From NCBI GenBank assembly GCA_964632315.1, contig CAZWEM010000001.1:96001-160000 (forward strand): DNA of 64,000 bases. Reading direction: 5' to 3'. The stretch is from an uncultured archaeon. GTDB taxonomy: Archaea > Asgardarchaeota > Lokiarchaeia > Sigyniarchaeales > SOKP01. The notes beneath the pieces were generated by a model, which did no database searches, was not told the DNA's origin, and worked only from the letters and a program-made list of their open reading frames with translations. The position numbers were made by a program, and so were the translations under genes. Positions 10,803-19,186 of the stretch are shown here, piece by piece (position 1 is the stretch's first letter; every line of letters begins with the position of its first letter).

Positions 10803-11324
10803 ATTTCTTCCTATAAGCTCAAAATCATTCTAGTTGGAATGCCTAATACCGAGAAAGATGATCTAATAAATATTATTGCTGAAAACCGCTTTGCTACAAA
10901 TTATAAGCTCACGGTTGGAGTGGAAATATTATCTAAAAATATTGAATATAAACCCGGAGAAGTAGCCACACTCTCAATTTGGGATATTGGGGGTCAACAA
11001 AGATTTGAATTTATACGTTCTACTTTTTATAAAGGCGCCACAGGAGCTTTATTAACTTTCGATTTAACAAGAGAACAAACAATTTCAGAAATTCGAAGGT
11101 GGCTACAAGAAATTTTCCAATATACTGGAAAAATCCCCTTTTTATTAATAGCAAATAAGATCCATTTAGATAAGGATTCCATAACGAATAGAGAACAAAT
11201 TTATGATTTAGTTAATTCTCAAGGAGGAATCTATATTGAATTAGACCCAGAGGATATTAAAACTATTGAGACTGGACTTCTTGAATTAATTAATCAAATT
11301 ATGCTAATGAGATCTTTGACATAG
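10803..11324 (+). CDS. Rab-like small GTPase with degenerate G1/G4/G5 (pseudo-GTPase); start uncertain
   Basis: TVGVEI, WDIGGQQRF, FYKGA; beta1 strand YKLKIILVG is encoded in frame upstream of the ATG at 10839; P-loop reads GMPNTEKD. Confidence 0.8.
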   Translation: MSSYKLKIILVGMPNTEKDDLINIIAENRFATNYKLTVGVEILSKNIEYKPGEVATLSIWDIGGQQRFEFIRSTFYKGATGALLTFDLTREQTISEIRRWLQEIFQYTGKIPFLLIANKIHLDKDSITNREQIYDLVNSQGGIYIELDPEDIKTIETGLLELINQIMLMRSLT

Positions 11325-11386
11325 AATTGACTCTTTTAATCTTATTAAGAAAAAAATTTATAGTATGAAAATTTAGTGAAATCATC

Positions 11387-12421
11387 ATGTCAATGGATGA
11401 GGGAAATAGTAATCATCGTGATAACGTAGAAAATGTGGAAAAAGAAAAAGAAATAGTTGAAAAGGACTTTGTTCCTCACTTTCTCCCCACTTACCGTATT
11501 AAGATAAACATCTTCCCTTTACCTATAATTACTGTTATAGTAATCGCTGGGATTTTGGCATATTTAACTTATTTTATAGCAGGAGTACAAATAGAAGGTG
11601 GATATTTTTCTGAAGAACAATATGGTGCTCTTGGAGGAATTTTAAACGGAATAATTTTTACTGTGCTTTCGGTAATCTCAGCCTTTATAATTGTCTTCAT
11701 AATTAGGAAAAAAGGAATCGACGTGCTGAAATATATATTTGGATTTACATTTGGATTTTTGGGATTTTTTTTAACATGGTTTTTTGTATCAATTTTAATT
11801 TATTTGATTTTCATATTGTTTCCAGAAACTGCCTTTTTGGTCAATTTGTATTATATCACTTCTAATATTATTAGTCCTATTATGGTTGGAGTGTTTACTT
11901 TTTTCCTTCTTTATAAATATTTTAAATCTAAAACAATATTTACTAAAAATGCAATAGTTCTTTACAATAGTTTGTTGATCGGTGCTTCAATGGGAATTTT
12001 CTTGCCATTGTGGACAACCATTGCAATTTTAATTGGGATATCATTTTGGGACATGTATGCTGTTTTACATAAGAGAGGCCCAATTAAAGAAATGATTGAT
12101 ATTGCTTCAAATAGTTATAACAATGATTTAGTTGATGAGAGTTTAGAAATTCGTGTAAAGAGTGGAGAAGCTATCTATGATACATCCAGAGTAGAAATTG
12201 GTATAGGAGACCTAGCGTTTTACAGCCTACTAACATCAAGTTCTTTAATTCAAACAGATAATCTTTTTGTAATGATTTTCACTTCTATTGCAATTCTAAT
12301 TGGCACGGGAATAACCTTGATGGGCCTTAAGAGAAATAAGATCTTACCTGGATTACCAATATCTATATTTCTCGGTATAGGTACGATGTTTTTGTCTTGG
12401 TATTTATTTTCAATATTATAA
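11387..12421 (+). CDS. Presenilin-family intramembrane aspartyl protease
   Basis: About 9 hydrophobic segments; WDMYAV (Asp1), GIGDLAFYS (GxGD), PGLPISI (PAL-type motif). Confidence 0.9.
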   Translation: MSMDEGNSNHRDNVENVEKEKEIVEKDFVPHFLPTYRIKINIFPLPIITVIVIAGILAYLTYFIAGVQIEGGYFSEEQYGALGGILNGIIFTVLSVISAFIIVFIIRKKGIDVLKYIFGFTFGFLGFFLTWFFVSILIYLIFILFPETAFLVNLYYITSNIISPIMVGVFTFFLLYKYFKSKTIFTKNAIVLYNSLLIGASMGIFLPLWTTIAILIGISFWDMYAVLHKRGPIKEMIDIASNSYNNDLVDESLEIRVKSGEAIYDTSRVEIGIGDLAFYSLLTSSSLIQTDNLFVMIFTSIAILIGTGITLMGLKRNKILPGLPISIFLGIGTMFLSWYLFSIL

Positions 12422-12489
12422 ATTTAAAACTTTAAAGTCTAAATCACACTTTATGTATTAAAATTAAAGAAAAGTATAACTTAAAATAG

Positions 12490-13686
12490 TTGAAAATTAT
12501 GGTAGATGTTTCCAACATAAGAAGAATTGCAGTAGTAGGTGCTGGAACTATGGGCCGTGAAATCGCTCAAGACGCCCTTATGGCAGGCTTTGAAAAGGTT
12601 TTTTTATACAGTAGGTCAATAGAGACTTTAAATAAGGCAAAACAGTTTATTGAAAGTGGATTAAAAAAATTATATTCAAAAAATAAACTTGATGAGGGAA
12701 TTTCTCCGGACTCTTTAATGAATAAGCTCATATTTTATAGAGATATTAAACAAACAGTCGAAAATGCTGATTTTGTAATCGAATCGGTACCTGAAAATAT
12801 GGATTTAAAAAAAGAAATTTTTCAAAAATTAGGAAAAGTAGCACCCGAATACGCAATTTTAGCTACAAATACATCAACGATGAGTATTACAGAGATATCA
12901 GAAGCATCAGGAAAGCCAGAAAATGTAATAGGAATGCATTTTTTTACCCCAGTTGTAGTTCTTAGATTAATTGAAGTCATAAAGGGTGCTTATACTTCCC
13001 AAGAGACCTTTGATATTGGTGTTGCAATTGGTGAGAAGTTCCCTGCATTGAAAGGTAAAAGGTACATAGCAAAAATTGAAAAAGAGAGTCCAGGATTCAT
13101 TGTAAATAGATTAACTATTGCTAGTAGTTTATATTTAAATTGGCTTGTTGATATGGCTAGGGAAAAGGGTATCCCAATAGAAACAATTGATAACGATGTA
13201 GTAGAGTATCCCGCATTAGGACCATTTGCAAAATGGGATTATTTTGGAATTGACATTGTATGTGATACTCATAATTATTTCGCAGAACATTTATCTCCTG
13301 AGTTTACTCCAGGAAGTACTCTTAAAAAGTTATTAAAAGAAGGAAATTTAGGGAAAAAAACAGGAAAAGGATTATATGAATGGGACGCCGGAAAACCACT
13401 CATTAAAAGCAAAGAAAAAGCAAATATTTTCAATATGGAATTATATTATGCCATACAGTTAAATGAAGCCTGTAAACTTTTAGATGAAGGCGTAGTAAAA
13501 GGGTATAAGGTTATAGATGATACGATGCTTGCGGGAATGGATATGCCTGGTCCCTTTAGTGTAGGAAAGCGAAAATATAAAGAATGGACGAAATTACTTG
13601 AAAATTTTTCAATAGAATCTGGACTTCAGTATATAAGACCATGTAAATTGATGTCCTCTGGAAAATTCATAAATTTGAAAAAATAA
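12490..13686 (+). CDS. 3-hydroxyacyl-CoA dehydrogenase with duplicated C-terminal domain
   Basis: GAGTMG, ESVPENMDLK, ATNTST, GMHFF, PGFIVNR, GKKTGKGLY. Confidence 0.92.
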   Translation: MKIMVDVSNIRRIAVVGAGTMGREIAQDALMAGFEKVFLYSRSIETLNKAKQFIESGLKKLYSKNKLDEGISPDSLMNKLIFYRDIKQTVENADFVIESVPENMDLKKEIFQKLGKVAPEYAILATNTSTMSITEISEASGKPENVIGMHFFTPVVVLRLIEVIKGAYTSQETFDIGVAIGEKFPALKGKRYIAKIEKESPGFIVNRLTIASSLYLNWLVDMAREKGIPIETIDNDVVEYPALGPFAKWDYFGIDIVCDTHNYFAEHLSPEFTPGSTLKKLLKEGNLGKKTGKGLYEWDAGKPLIKSKEKANIFNMELYYAIQLNEACKLLDEGVVKGYKVIDDTMLAGMDMPGPFSVGKRKYKEWTKLLENFSIESGLQYIRPCKLMSSGKFINLKK

Positions 13687-14943
13687 TTAAATCCAAATCT
13701 CAATACTACTATTTGATATTATGTTCTGAACATTTTCAATATTGTTTCCTTCTAAATCTAAGAATATGAGCTGATTCAAGCTATTAATCTCGGATGGAAT
13801 TTGACATAGCTTATTATTCATTAAATCAAGTTTCGCTAAAAATTTAAAATTGTTAATCCAACTGGGAATTATTTGTAAATTTTGGTCTCTTAACACTAAT
13901 TCCTCTAAGTCGTAAAAATTCAAAATTTGTTGAGGTATAAAGGTAATTTGAAAACTATGGTATCCATATAGAAAAATACCTGTAACTGACCCTTTTCCAT
14001 TAATTTTATAATTACATGCATAAAATCTGTTTAGATCATCATTATCCTTAACTTTTTCTAACTTTTGTCCCGTGAGGAATTCTAATAATGCAAGAGTTGA
14101 TGCTTGTTTGTAATCCACTCCTTCCTTAATATACTTATATGCGAAATTCTGTCTTGCTAAATCGAAAATAGCCTTTGATAGGTGGTTTATGTTAAAGTTA
14201 TTGGTTAAACTTAATTTTCTTAAAGAAACTAGTCTTTTCCAAGAAATGTCTGGTATTTCTGGGAACCAATTCCAATCTAAATATAACTGTTCTAAACTAA
14301 TAAGATTTTCAAAGGATTTTGGCAAATTAGTTAACTTATTATTCCATAAATTCAAATATTCTAAATTTTTAAGCATTCCAATTGAAAATGGAATCTCATT
14401 TATATCATATCCTCCCAATTGTAGGCTGACTATATGTCTTTTCTTAATATAGGGATGAAAAAATCCTATTTCATTTGACTTATCAAGCATCGCTTCGAAA
14501 TCGAGGACAAATTTAACTTCATTTATATCTAAATCGTATATTTTCGTAAGATTCTGGTAAAATTCAAGTAAAAGTCTTCTTTTTATCAAATTGTTACCAT
14601 TATTTAAACAAGCTTCTACCCCAACTAAAACGTCTATAGATTTTTCATGTTGAAAAACCCATTTTAAAACTTCTAGACCTTTGTTTAGGAAATTTTGGGT
14701 AATTACTTTTGCCGCTTTTGCTCGAATAATCGAATTATTATCAGAAGTTAAAAGATTCTCAAAAATTTTGTAAATTTTCTCTTCTCCACTATTTAATTGT
14801 TCTAATCCCTCAATCGCAGTTAAACGCTTCTTTATATTATCCACTTCATCCAGAACTGTTATAAAAAGCTCTATTACCTCATCAAGAGAGAGTTTATTAT
14901 TTTTATATAAGTTTATAATTTTGTTCAGTTCTAAATTCCCCAT
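13687..14943 (-). CDS. HEAT-repeat plus leucine-rich-repeat protein
   Basis: N-terminal HEAT-like helices (SDNNSIIRAKAA); LRRs LKNLEYLNLWNNKLTNLP, LEELVLRDQNLQIIP, LDLMNNKL, LDLEGNNI. Confidence 0.88.
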   Translation of the reverse strand: MGNLELNKIINLYKNNKLSLDEVIELFITVLDEVDNIKKRLTAIEGLEQLNSGEEKIYKIFENLLTSDNNSIIRAKAAKVITQNFLNKGLEVLKWVFQHEKSIDVLVGVEACLNNGNNLIKRRLLLEFYQNLTKIYDLDINEVKFVLDFEAMLDKSNEIGFFHPYIKKRHIVSLQLGGYDINEIPFSIGMLKNLEYLNLWNNKLTNLPKSFENLISLEQLYLDWNWFPEIPDISWKRLVSLRKLSLTNNFNINHLSKAIFDLARQNFAYKYIKEGVDYKQASTLALLEFLTGQKLEKVKDNDDLNRFYACNYKINGKGSVTGIFLYGYHSFQITFIPQQILNFYDLEELVLRDQNLQIIPSWINNFKFLAKLDLMNNKLCQIPSEINSLNQLIFLDLEGNNIENVQNIISNSSIEIWI

Positions 14944-15060
14944 ATCTCAATTAATTTAAGATATTATGGTTATTAATGGTTGATGATGATGATTATTAAG
15001 TTGTTGTTTTAAATAAAATGACTTAATTTAAATGTTATATTTTTCATTAATGGATAAAAA

Positions 15061-15354
15061 ATGACTAATGATGATACTTCCCCCAAAACTGGTATAGAGA
15101 AAATTATAGATTTCTTTAATGAAGAACTCGATATAAATCATCCAATTGCGATAGCTGAGGTAGTCGATAAAACGGGGTTTTCTTGGAGCTTCGTTAAAAA
15201 GACGTTAGTCCGAATCAAAAATGAATATGACGGTTTTCATTTTGAAAAATCAGGAAATACTTGGATTTCTTGGAAGGATAGAGAGCATATAATAAGGAAA
15301 TTAGAAGATACTTGTTCACGTTTTTTGGACGAATCCGATAGTGAATGTGAATAA
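15061..15354 (+). CDS. Small winged-helix-like DNA-binding protein
   Basis: IAEVVDKTGFSWSFVKKTL helix-turn-helix pattern followed by a beta-wing (FEKSGNTWISW). Confidence 0.6.
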   Translation: MTNDDTSPKTGIEKIIDFFNEELDINHPIAIAEVVDKTGFSWSFVKKTLVRIKNEYDGFHFEKSGNTWISWKDREHIIRKLEDTCSRFLDESDSECE

Positions 15355-15394
15355 GTTTATTTTCATTCATATACAATTTTTCGAAAATTATAAT

Positions 15395-16504
15395 TTAAAA
15401 GCTAAAATTCGAATCTCGCTCTTTCTTTTTTCTTTTCTTTCCAGATAAATACAAAATGCAACATCCGCTACATATAGGCATAAAATTACCTTGCTTCATA
15501 AAATTCCTAAACTTAATGTATTGTTTACCTTTCCAAATTTCCTTAATTGATTTCTCATGTAAATTTCCCATCACTAAATCGTAAAAAATATGACAAGGAG
15601 CAACATCTCCATTTGCGATGATATCTACCGAAACGAATGGAGAATAGCATGCTTTATACTGATCCTGCATTTTATCCCATTCAGTATTAATATAAGCACT
15701 TAAGTTTTCTGGAGAGAACGTGGGAGGTAGTAGTAAGATATTTTTATTTTTCTTAGATAAAAACTTACGCACTTCTTTAACTTGTCGTGATAATTCATTT
15801 ACATCAATATTGGAGAAATCATCTTTTGATCTGACCAAACCCTTCCAGTATAAATTACTATCTTCATCAAATTCTGATTTTAAAAAGTTCGCATAAAGTT
15901 CCCCCATTTCTTGGGTAATAAAATTCTGCATTTGAATTGTTACCCAATCAATATATTTAATGTTTAAATCTTCCAAGAAGAATTGTTCTAATTTATCAAA
16001 ATTTGAAGTTGTTATTGTATAAATAAGGCTTATACTTGGAGTTTTAGATTGATTACGTAATTTTTCTCTATAAAGGATCTCAATACCTCTCATTGCTTTC
16101 TCATAACTTCCTTTTCCCCTTTGTTTATCATTGATTTCTTTAGGACCGTCAATTGAGATCCTTACTGAATCAAATCCGCTTTCAACAAGCATCTTAGCAT
16201 TTTGAGTTATTAATGTGCCATTTGTAGGAGTATCGACATATGATCCTCCTTTTTTAATTTCCTTAATTAAATCTCCAAATTGAGGATATAATAAGGGTTC
16301 TCCGCCAAATAAACTGTAAGATGGCCTTACTTGTTCGAGATCTTTCACGAGCTTTTTAATTATATGGAAATCTAAGACCTTTGGTTGAGAAAAAGATCTA
16401 TTATTAGAGTAAGAACCGGACTCTCCCCAGAAATAACACATTTTACATCGCAAATTACAATTTTCTGTTAAATGCAGTGTAATATTTCTCGGTAATCCAT
16501 TCAT
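15395..16504 (-). CDS. Radical SAM protein with SPASM/twitch domain
   Basis: CNLRCKMC, GGEP, TNG, ISIDG; C-terminal CYSPF..GDVAPC..GN..CSGC. Confidence 0.92.
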   Translation of the reverse strand: MNGLPRNITLHLTENCNLRCKMCYFWGESGSYSNNRSFSQPKVLDFHIIKKLVKDLEQVRPSYSLFGGEPLLYPQFGDLIKEIKKGGSYVDTPTNGTLITQNAKMLVESGFDSVRISIDGPKEINDKQRGKGSYEKAMRGIEILYREKLRNQSKTPSISLIYTITTSNFDKLEQFFLEDLNIKYIDWVTIQMQNFITQEMGELYANFLKSEFDEDSNLYWKGLVRSKDDFSNIDVNELSRQVKEVRKFLSKKNKNILLLPPTFSPENLSAYINTEWDKMQDQYKACYSPFVSVDIIANGDVAPCHIFYDLVMGNLHEKSIKEIWKGKQYIKFRNFMKQGNFMPICSGCCILYLSGKKRKKKERDSNFSF

Positions 16505-16549
16505 AATGTTCCTCTAATAAAATTATTTAAATGTCTTTAACCTTTCTGC

Positions 16550-16600
16550 AAGGTGAAAATTTTAGATAGTGTGAAATTTCACACTCTAAATCTACACCTT
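16550..16600. promoter_or_regulatory. Inverted repeat with perfect 18-bp palindromic core AGTGTGAAATTTCACACT (16568-16585); candidate operator
   Basis: Perfect palindrome plus outer arms TTTAG/CTAAA and AAGGTG/CACCTT, in a divergent intergenic region. Confidence 0.6.
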
Positions 16601-16679
16601 TAAATTTTATAATAAATTTTATCAATTAGTTAAATTTAGCTTTTTAATATTACATTTTAAAAGAAAGTGAACAAATCTC

Positions 16680-17618
16680 ATGAAAGTAGAAAAATCAAGT
16701 CAAGATCTTGAAAATGAAGTAATTTATGCTGGTTTATGTATTCATTGCGGAAGTTGTAATGCATTCTGTCCCCATATGGATTTTAATAAGGAAACAGGTG
16801 AGGCTTATGTCGTAGATGAGTGCTCTGAGACAATAGGACTTTGTTATAACGCCTGTCCCAGAACATTTTTACCGGTAACAGAGATAGAGGAAAAATTATT
16901 CGGAAAATCACGAGTTGATTTAGGTTTAGGTGTATATAATGACATAGTGCAAGTTAAATCAAAAAATAAAGATGAGATTCTTTATAATTTAGTACTCTCT
17001 GCTTTTGAATCGGGAGTAGTTAAACACTTCGTGTTAAGCGAAGCAAAAAGCAAGAAACCTCCGGTAGCATTTCCGGTGGTTGTTGATGATGCCAAGAATG
17101 CTAAAAAATACATTCCTAAAAAAACAATGGATAATGCTGGACCGTTGATTACCGGAATAGGACAGGCTTATTTGGACAAAAAAAGAGATATCGGTATATT
17201 AGGAAATCCATGTCATCTTCAAGGGCTAGCAAAAATACTCACTAGTGATTTCAATACTGGAGCAGAGCGTACAACATTCAAACTTGCATTTGCTTGTTCT
17301 TCAGGTGGAATGTCTGGATGTAAATACTGTACTGATTTTTCTGGAGAATTTTCGGATATCTCTTATAGTCCTTGGGGTTCTCCAACTGATGGTGAAGCTT
17401 TTTTGATAATAAGAACCGATATTGGTCAGAAAGTGCTCGATCACGCTGTAAAAAAGAAGTACTTAGAAATAACAAACAAGGAACCCGATTTAAGTAAAAT
17501 GAAAACCTTCCTTAATAAGAAGAGAAAGAAAAATTTCTTAAATTTAATAGGAAAACAAAATATCAAAGCTAAATATTTAGAGCTTAATGTTGATGAGTTA
17601 AAGGATTTATTAAGTTAA
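16680..17618 (+). CDS. Coenzyme F420 hydrogenase/dehydrogenase beta-subunit (FrhB/FdhB) family Fe-S protein, shortened
   Basis: CIHCGSCNAFCP and CYNACPR ferredoxin motifs, GNPCH, GCKYCTDF..SDIS..WGS, IIRTDIG. Confidence 0.82.
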   Translation: MKVEKSSQDLENEVIYAGLCIHCGSCNAFCPHMDFNKETGEAYVVDECSETIGLCYNACPRTFLPVTEIEEKLFGKSRVDLGLGVYNDIVQVKSKNKDEILYNLVLSAFESGVVKHFVLSEAKSKKPPVAFPVVVDDAKNAKKYIPKKTMDNAGPLITGIGQAYLDKKRDIGILGNPCHLQGLAKILTSDFNTGAERTTFKLAFACSSGGMSGCKYCTDFSGEFSDISYSPWGSPTDGEAFLIIRTDIGQKVLDHAVKKKYLEITNKEPDLSKMKTFLNKKRKKNFLNLIGKQNIKAKYLELNVDELKDLLS

Positions 17619-17648
17619 TTCTTTTTCTTTTTTACTTTTTTTACTTTC
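17619..17648 (+). terminator. Oligo-T terminator-like tract
   Basis: Several T runs directly after the stop, between convergent genes. Confidence 0.45.
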
Positions 17649-17684
17649 ACATAAAAAACGATATTAAACAGAAAAAGCGCTAAT

Positions 17685-18221
17685 CTAAGTTAAGTTTGAA
17701 GATCTGAAAATTTCTTGAGTTAAGATTTCAAAAATTATTGAATTATTATATCCAGTTTTTGAAGATGTCTCAAAGTAATGAGGGATCTGGTATTCTTCTT
17801 GAAATTCTTGTGCAATTTCAGTAGTAACCGCTCGTTTTGAATCAGCTAAATCATGTTTTTCTCCCACAAGGGTAAAAACAGCATTTGGAGAATTCTCTTT
17901 TACGATTCCATACCATTCTTTTAAGTGCTCAAGACTAGAATATCTAGTAAGATCAAAACATAACAAGCAGCCTTTAGCTCCTCGAGAATAATTGGGTAGG
18001 AAGAATCGAAATCGTTTTTCTCCAGCAAAATCCCATATTTGAAGTTTAACGCTTTTTTCATCGACATTAACCGAATAACTAGCCAGATCTGTACCTATTG
18101 TAATCTTTTGCGCAATAAATCTCCCAGTTAGTAAACGTTGTATCATTGTGCTCTTTCCGATGCCACCATCTCCCACTACGACAACTTTGAAGATGAATCT
18201 CCGATTTTGAGTATTACTCAT
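17685..18221 (-). CDS. Rab-like small GTPase
   Basis: GDGGIGKS, TIG, WDFAGE, GEKHD, ETSSK. Confidence 0.93.
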   Translation of the reverse strand: MSNTQNRRFIFKVVVVGDGGIGKSTMIQRLLTGRFIAQKITIGTDLASYSVNVDEKSVKLQIWDFAGEKRFRFFLPNYSRGAKGCLLCFDLTRYSSLEHLKEWYGIVKENSPNAVFTLVGEKHDLADSKRAVTTEIAQEFQEEYQIPHYFETSSKTGYNNSIIFEILTQEIFRSSNLT

Positions 18222-18280
18222 TAAATTTTAACACTTAAGAATCTAATTATGAATAATATAGATTTAATTGTAATAAATTT

Positions 18281-19120
18281 TTATTCTAACTCCTCATCAA
18301 AAATGATTTTTCTTAATTTTAAATTTAGTTTTGTTTTAATTTGATCTTGAACATCTTCTGGAAATGTCTCGAATTTAGCTCTAATAACCTCTCGATCGTG
18401 ATAATGTAGATATCTATACATGATGTTTAAATTAATAATAGCCATTATTGGAGTGATGATTAAAATAATACAATATAGTCCAAACAGATAACTTAAGTTA
18501 AACCTTCCTGTATCTAATCCGGGAAAAATTGAAAGAAATTCCGAATCTAAAAATAATGTGAATAAGAGATTTAGAAAGTTGAGAACCAAAAATAACGAAA
18601 ATTCTGAAAGGATTATTCTTAAATATAAATTTTTACTAAGAGTTGAAAAAACGATTTTCTTATTTTCAAACTTAATTTTGATTCGCGCATATCTCCAGAT
18701 GTCAATGAAAATCCATAAAAAGCTGAATGTGAAGATTAATATGAATAAAATGCTAAAGGAAAGGAAAAAATTATCTATAAGCTGTGGATGCAAATAGGAT
18801 TCATAGCCCATCCAGAGCAAGATAATAGATAAGAACATAGAAGCAAAATATAATCGACTTGAATTTTTCTTTTCTGACCCTAGTGGATAATAAATTAGAT
18901 TAGATACTTGAACTAGGTGATTCCTATTAGTTGCTATAATTTTGAAGAAGATAAAGAAAATAAAATTAACAATTGGAAAAAATAATAATAAAATATTTTT
19001 CCATTCTTGACTTATGATGAACAAGAATGCACTTAGAAAAACAATTGTGTCGCGGATTAAACCCTCGCTCAAAACTTCTCTTAAAAGCAAATTTTCCTCA
19101 TTTGGATTAATTTCATTCAT
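18281..19120 (-). CDS. Hypothetical multi-pass membrane protein (about 6 TM)
   Basis: Several long hydrophobic segments. Confidence 0.75.
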   Translation of the reverse strand: MNEINPNEENLLLREVLSEGLIRDTIVFLSAFLFIISQEWKNILLLFFPIVNFIFFIFFKIIATNRNHLVQVSNLIYYPLGSEKKNSSRLYFASMFLSIILLWMGYESYLHPQLIDNFFLSFSILFILIFTFSFLWIFIDIWRYARIKIKFENKKIVFSTLSKNLYLRIILSEFSLFLVLNFLNLLFTLFLDSEFLSIFPGLDTGRFNLSYLFGLYCIILIITPIMAIINLNIMYRYLHYHDREVIRAKFETFPEDVQDQIKTKLNLKLRKIIFDEELE

Positions 19121-19186
19121 ATGTTGTTTTTAAGCTTCATTAATAATTAAATTTTAATACTCCTTTCCTTAATATAAATTACATTA

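Noticed and set aside
15395-16504. Radical SAM as the missing QueE for queC/queD
   Set aside because: It has a CxxxCxxC plus SPASM architecture of 369 aa, unlike the short QueE, and lies more than 15 kb away
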